This document shows, piece by piece, positions 16,222-20,371 of a DNA stretch of 20,371 bases. Under the pieces are notes generated by a model, which saw only the letters and a list, made by a program, of their open reading frames with translations, searched no databases and was not told the origin of the DNA. The position numbers and the translations under genes were made by a program. Source of the DNA: a bacterium (lineage in GTDB: Bacteria; BMS3Abin14); contig CP070698.1 of the NCBI GenBank assembly GCA_020349685.1, forward strand, positions 1,908,200 to 1,928,570. Direction: 5' to 3'. The first letter of the stretch is position 1, and the number at the start of each line of letters is the position of its first letter.

Positions 16222-18801
16222 CTATCGCGTTGACTCGATATCGCCCTTCAGGTGCCTCAGGTGCCCCTCATATAGGTATTCAAGGGTCTGGGCCGCCACC
16301 TCCTCCGGAGAAACCTTGATCCGGGCCACACCGTCTTCCACCGCCGCTTTGGCCACCGCTGCCGCTACGACTGGAGGAACCTTGAAATCCATGGCATGGG
16401 GGATGATGTATCCCGGTTCGAGTTTGTTGTCCGGTATGAAATGGGCGATGGCCTCTGCGGCAGCAACCTTCATTTGTTTGGTGATATCGGTGGCCCGGAC
16501 GTCCAGAGCCCCCCTGAAAACTCCTGGGAAAACAAGACAGTTGTTGACCTGATTGGGAAAATCGGATCTCCCTGTGACGACCACTTTCGCGCCGGCGGCG
16601 TAAGCTTCGTCAGGCCAGATCTCCGGCACGGGATTCGCCATGGCGAACACGACGGGATCCTTCGCCATGCTGCGCACCATGTCCTGGGTGACGGTGTTGC
16701 CGACAGAAAGGCCGATGAGGACATCGGCCCCCTTTATGATCGCGGCCAGATCGCTTTTCACGTTATCGAGGTTCGTCATCTGGGCGATCTCCTCCATGAT
16801 CCTGTTCATCTTCTCTTTTCTGCCTGAATAGACAGTCCCGAATTCGTCGCAGAGGGTAATGTTTTTCGCACCCGCGACCATCAGGAGCCGGGCGACCGCA
16901 ATAGCGGCAGCACCCGCGCCGTTCATGACGATCTTGATGTCAGTCAGCTGCTTGTTTACGATCTTGAGAGAGTTTATGAGACCTGCAAGAACAGCGATGG
17001 CGGTACCGTGCTGATCGTCGTGAAAGATGGGGATGTCCGTCTCTTTTTTCAGCCGTTCCTCGATCTCGAAGCAGCGCGGGGCGGAGATGTCTTCCAGGTT
17101 GACCCCTCCGAAGGTGGGTGAGATCGCCTTTACCAGTTCCACGATCTCGTCCATGTTCTGGGTGCACACACATATGGGAAAAGCCTCCACACCGGCGAAG
17201 GTCTTGAAGAGGATGGCCTTCCCTTCCATGACCGGGATGGCCGCCCTGGGGCCGATATTGCCGAGACCCAGTACAGCGCTTCCGTCGGAAACGATGGCAA
17301 CCAGGTTGGCCTTGCAGGTCAGGTCATAGACCTTGTCGGGCTCCTTGGACAGGAGCAGGCTGGCCTGAGCCGCCTCGGGCGGAAGATAGAGCCGGTTAAG
17401 GATGTATTCATCCCGGATGGGAACCTTGACTTTCACCTCCAGGACCCCCTGATAACGGTGGTGAAGATCTATGGATTCTTCATTGATATCCATCTTCTTC
17501 TTCCTGGGCGGCACCGGGGGCAGGATCGTGTATTCGTTCTCGTAAACGATCTTCAGCGTCTTGGCCTCCACCTCCAAAGGCGAGACCTCCACCCTGGCGT
17601 CACCCCTGTCGATGGCCGTCTCCGCCACCACCCTGGCCACTTTGGAAGCGACGTGGAACTCGAAGATGGGAGGAACCAGGTAGCCGGCGCTGAGTTTATT
17701 TTCCGGCACCAGGCTGGCAATGGTCTCTGCCGCAGCCAGGTAGGTCGCCTCGGTGATTCTCCAGGCCCGCACGTCGAGAAGGCCCCGGAACAGCCCGGGA
17801 GCCACGTAGGCCGAATTGATCTCGTTGGGAAAATCGGAACGACCCGATCCCACGACCGCCGCGCCCGCCTTGATGGCCTCGTCAGGCATGATCTCCGGGA
17901 TGGGGTTTGCGAGGGCAAAGACGATGGCGTCCTTGGCCATGCTCTTGACCATGTCCCTGGACACGATACCGGGTGCCGACAGACCGATGTAGACATCCGC
18001 CCCTGCCATCACGTCCTTCAGACTGCCCGTCCTCCTGTCAATATTGGTTTGAAGGGAGATCTCCGATTTGGCCCAGTTCGTCGGTTGCGTCCTGTATCTG
18101 TAGATGGAACCGTACCTGTCGCAGAGGATGATCTCCTTGGCCCCGGCCCACAGGAGAAGTCTTGCCGTCGCTATCCCCGCTGCCCCGGCGCCCGAGATGA
18201 CAATGTTGACCTTGCTCAACTTCTTCCCAACGACCTTAAGGGCGTTGATGAGGGCCGCGTAGACGGCAATGGCCCCGCCGTGCTGATCGTTGTGGAAGAC
18301 TGGTATCCTTGTGGCTTTCTTGAGGTTCCGCTCCAGGGTGAAACATTTGGGTGCGGCGATGTCTTCCAGAACTATCCCGCCGAAGGTAGTGGCCAGCCTC
18401 AGGCAAATCTCGACGATCTCATCGCAATCCTGGGTCTTGAGGGCGATGGGCAGGGCATCCACGCCGGCAAAGGTCTTGAAAAATACAGAGCGTCCTTCCA
18501 GCATGGCCAGGGCCGATTCGGGCCCGGTCTGGCCAAATCCATAGACTGAAGAACCATCGCTGATCACGGCGATGGTGTTGCCGCGGCAGGTAAGATCAAA
18601 GGACTTGATGGGGTCCGCGGCGATCTCCATACACGGCGCGGCCACACCCGGTGTGTAAAGAAGGCTGAGGGCGTAGGAGTCCTTGATGGGGATCTTGCTG
18701 CCAACACCGATCAGGCCCTGATTCTTCAGCCTCAGATCCAGTCCATACTGCCTGGTTTGTGATTGATCAGACTTGCCGGGTTTTTTCTTCTTGCTTGTCA
18801 T
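16222..18801 (-). CDS. NAD(P)-dependent malic enzyme made of two tandem malic-enzyme domains
   Basis: Two full repeats of the small bacterial ME: SDGS, FKTFAGV, LEDI.AP.CF, FH(N/D)DQHG, GAGAA, FA(L/M)ANP.PEI, GRSDFPN, PG.FRG.LDVRA. No PTA domain. Start most likely ATG 18801 or 18804 (RBS GGGGAG), not 18858. Confidence 0.92.
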   Translation of the reverse strand: MTSKKKKPGKSDQSQTRQYGLDLRLKNQGLIGVGSKIPIKDSYALSLLYTPGVAAPCMEIAADPIKSFDLTCRGNTIAVISDGSSVYGFGQTGPESALAMLEGRSVFFKTFAGVDALPIALKTQDCDEIVEICLRLATTFGGIVLEDIAAPKCFTLERNLKKATRIPVFHNDQHGGAIAVYAALINALKVVGKKLSKVNIVISGAGAAGIATARLLLWAGAKEIILCDRYGSIYRYRTQPTNWAKSEISLQTNIDRRTGSLKDVMAGADVYIGLSAPGIVSRDMVKSMAKDAIVFALANPIPEIMPDEAIKAGAAVVGSGRSDFPNEINSAYVAPGLFRGLLDVRAWRITEATYLAAAETIASLVPENKLSAGYLVPPIFEFHVASKVARVVAETAIDRGDARVEVSPLEVEAKTLKIVYENEYTILPPVPPRKKKMDINEESIDLHHRYQGVLEVKVKVPIRDEYILNRLYLPPEAAQASLLLSKEPDKVYDLTCKANLVAIVSDGSAVLGLGNIGPRAAIPVMEGKAILFKTFAGVEAFPICVCTQNMDEIVELVKAISPTFGGVNLEDISAPRCFEIEERLKKETDIPIFHDDQHGTAIAVLAGLINSLKIVNKQLTDIKIVMNGAGAAAIAVARLLMVAGAKNITLCDEFGTVYSGRKEKMNRIMEEIAQMTNLDNVKSDLAAIIKGADVLIGLSVGNTVTQDMVRSMAKDPVVFAMANPVPEIWPDEAYAAGAKVVVTGRSDFPNQVNNCLVFPGVFRGALDVRATDITKQMKVAAAEAIAHFIPDNKLEPGYIIPHAMDFKVPPVVAAAVAKAAVEDGVARIKVSPEEVAAQTLEYLYEGHLRHLKGDIESTR

Positions 18802-18894
18802 CATCACTCCCCCGGAAAAGTATAGAAGGGGTGGCGCCCCTCCTAAAAATGGCGCCATTAGACCTTCTATCGAGCGCCCTTAACTCCAGTTTGA

Positions 18895-18923
18895 AAACTA
18901 ACACCAAGATATATATTTGGCAA
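18895..18923 (-). promoter_or_regulatory. Sigma70-type promoter for malic enzyme-glcD-glcF
   Basis: Minus strand TTGCCA (18923-18918), 17-nt spacer, TAGTTT (18900-18895), with TG of an extended -10. Confidence 0.55.
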
Positions 18924-18927
18924 CCGG

Positions 18928-18968
18928 ACCCGGAACGGGAGGTCGATTGAACGAGCCGCGTTCCGGGT
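18928..18968. repeat. Inverted repeat / stem-loop downstream of larA
   Basis: ACCCGGAACG (18928-18937) / CGTTCCGGGT (18959-18968), a perfect 10-bp stem with no U-tract. Confidence 0.6.
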
Positions 18969-19063
18969 GAATAAGGAAGGTGGAATAGGGAATAAGGAAT
19001 GAAGATAAATTGCCCCGAAAAAGTGCGGGCCCCTCACCTTCCCTATTCAATATTCCCCGTTCC
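18968..19063. repeat. Two convergent arrays of degenerate heptamer repeats (GGAATAR-like)
   Basis: Plus strand TGAATAA GGAAGGT GGAATAG GGAATAA GGAATGA (18968-19002); minus strand GGAACGG GGAATAT TGAATAG GGAAGGT (19063-19036). Confidence 0.6.
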
Positions 19064-20344
19064 CTCTCCTTTGCCCGTTATAACGGGCAACATGTCACCG
19101 GCGTCAGGCATGATCAGCGGCACGGGCAGTTCACCGAGGATCCGCTCTGCCGCCTCCATAGCTTCTTTCATGTCGGCGGCTGGGATCATACCCATCCGTT
19201 CAACATCAGAACCCTTAAGCCGGCTGACAAGTATGGTGGGAACCCTGTTGACCCTCAGCCAGGTGGAAAAGGCTGTCTGGCCGTTGATCTGGTACCTTTC
19301 CTGGAGCTCGCCGAGCCAATCCCTTTCCGTCTCGCAGCGCTCAAACCAGTCCAGGAAATCCTGGTGGCCCGTACCTTCCGGACACTCGGCAGCGAGGATA
19401 ACGACTCCACTCCCCCTGACAACCTGGTGCGCCGTAAAAAGCCCTTTGTGGGCCTGAACGAAGTTGATGTCCCGGGGATACCCGCCGCTGCCTGCCAGGA
19501 CAAGCCTTGCGGGTTCAGCCACTTGCCGCATGTACCACGAATCGTGCTTGCGGCAGGCATCAAGGTGGGCTGATTGAAGGTCACCAGCCGAGGCGGCGAT
19601 GATCCCGCCTCCCGGCTCCGTGACGACATTCAGAACAAAAATACTTTTCAGAAAGTTGCATGCTTCGATCATCTCCCGGTGAACGGGGTTGTCCTCTAGA
19701 ACACCGGGGGCCAGGTCGCCCTTCAGCTCGCCTTTCCTCCATGAGACAACCAGCTTGTGGTGGGCCTCACAGGCATCCCTGGAGGCGACTCCGGGCATCA
19801 GCGACTTTCGCCCCCCCCCATACCCTGCGAAGTAGTGGTAGGTCACCCCACCGGTCAGGACCACGCAGTCCGCATCCGCCACTTCCCTGTTTATGCTGAC
19901 CGGGATCCCCGCTTTCGTGGTTCCGAGGCGGACATTGGATCCTTGCCCTTCCGGATCATGATTGAGAACGCGGTATTCGTCCATGACCCTGTCCCCCACA
20001 AGCTCGCGAAGCTCCGCTCCTGACAGCGGTCGATGGATGCCGAGGGCCACGATAATGGTCACATCGCCGGTCAGGACGCCCGTATCCGAGATCCGTTTCA
20101 ACAGTACGGGGAGATATTCCTTCACCGCCGCTCGGCGCGTGAGGTCCGGGATCACGCAGGCGACTCGATGCCCTGCCTGCAGCAGGCTTTCAAGGCGTAC
20201 TCCGCCGAGGGGGTTGTCCAGGGCTTCGGTCACCGTACTTTCTGGATCGGGGTGGGGGAAGGGGCCCGCGCTGACAACGGCCGCGTGACCTTCCCACAGG
20301 TCGGCGAACTCAAGGAAGCCTTTTCCGTAAGGGATAGAGAACAT
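19043..20344 (-). CDS. larA: LarA-family nickel-pincer-nucleotide-dependent 2-hydroxyacid racemase/epimerase
   Basis: IPYGK N-terminus, IPDLTR, ALGIHR, NHD, HYFAGYGGGRKSLMPG (cofactor-binding Lys), NPVH.EM, GGYPRDINFVQAHK, AECPEG.G. Confidence 0.93.
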   Translation of the reverse strand: MFSIPYGKGFLEFADLWEGHAAVVSAGPFPHPDPESTVTEALDNPLGGVRLESLLQAGHRVACVIPDLTRRAAVKEYLPVLLKRISDTGVLTGDVTIIVALGIHRPLSGAELRELVGDRVMDEYRVLNHDPEGQGSNVRLGTTKAGIPVSINREVADADCVVLTGGVTYHYFAGYGGGRKSLMPGVASRDACEAHHKLVVSWRKGELKGDLAPGVLEDNPVHREMIEACNFLKSIFVLNVVTEPGGGIIAASAGDLQSAHLDACRKHDSWYMRQVAEPARLVLAGSGGYPRDINFVQAHKGLFTAHQVVRGSGVVILAAECPEGTGHQDFLDWFERCETERDWLGELQERYQINGQTAFSTWLRVNRVPTILVSRLKGSDVERMGMIPAADMKEAMEAAERILGELPVPLIMPDAGDMLPVITGKGEGTGNIE

Positions 20345-20366
20345 AGTGTCTGGTTCTAGTGTCTGG
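20344..20366. repeat. 10-bp direct repeat at the larA start
   Basis: TAGTGTCTGG at 20344-20353 and 20357-20366. Confidence 0.55.
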
Positions 20367-20371
20367 AGTCT

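Noticed and set aside
17458-18549. 363-aa plus-strand ORF
   Set aside because: Antisense shadow of the malic enzyme.
16222-18858. Calling the long malic enzyme MaeB (ME-phosphotransacetylase fusion)
   Set aside because: The C-terminal half is a second ME domain, not a PTA domain.

Overview
GC-rich bacterial window, probably from an anaerobe (Fe-S/ferredoxin enzymes, strong AGGAGG ribosome-binding sites). All real genes are on the minus strand and form two organic-acid modules. Module A, read from the right: larA-family Ni-pincer 2-hydroxyacid racemase, a malic enzyme built from two tandem ME domains, then glcD and glcF (FAD/Fe-S 2-hydroxyacid dehydrogenase), then an intrinsic terminator. Module B: a promoter with an array of FadR/LldR-type TGGTCnGACCA operators, a Cdc48/p97-type double-AAA ATPase, a FadR/GntR regulator, a four-subunit (gamma-delta-alpha-beta) 2-oxoacid:ferredoxin oxidoreductase carrying the diagnostic residues of oxalate oxidoreductase (YPIRP Arg31, Arg109, Asp116/Phe117), a tctC-tctB-tctA tripartite transporter, an extended SDR and an ArsB/NhaD-type anion permease. 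The 5' part of a thiC-family gene follows at the left edge. Most notable: (i) a putative anaerobic oxalate oxidation system with split gamma/delta subunits, a TTT importer and a co-transcribed Cdc48 ATPase; (ii) a single-chain tandem malic enzyme whose two halves are degenerate in complementary ways. No tRNA, rRNA, CRISPR array or mobile element was seen. Family assignments come from motif recognition and recalled reference sequences, not from database searches.
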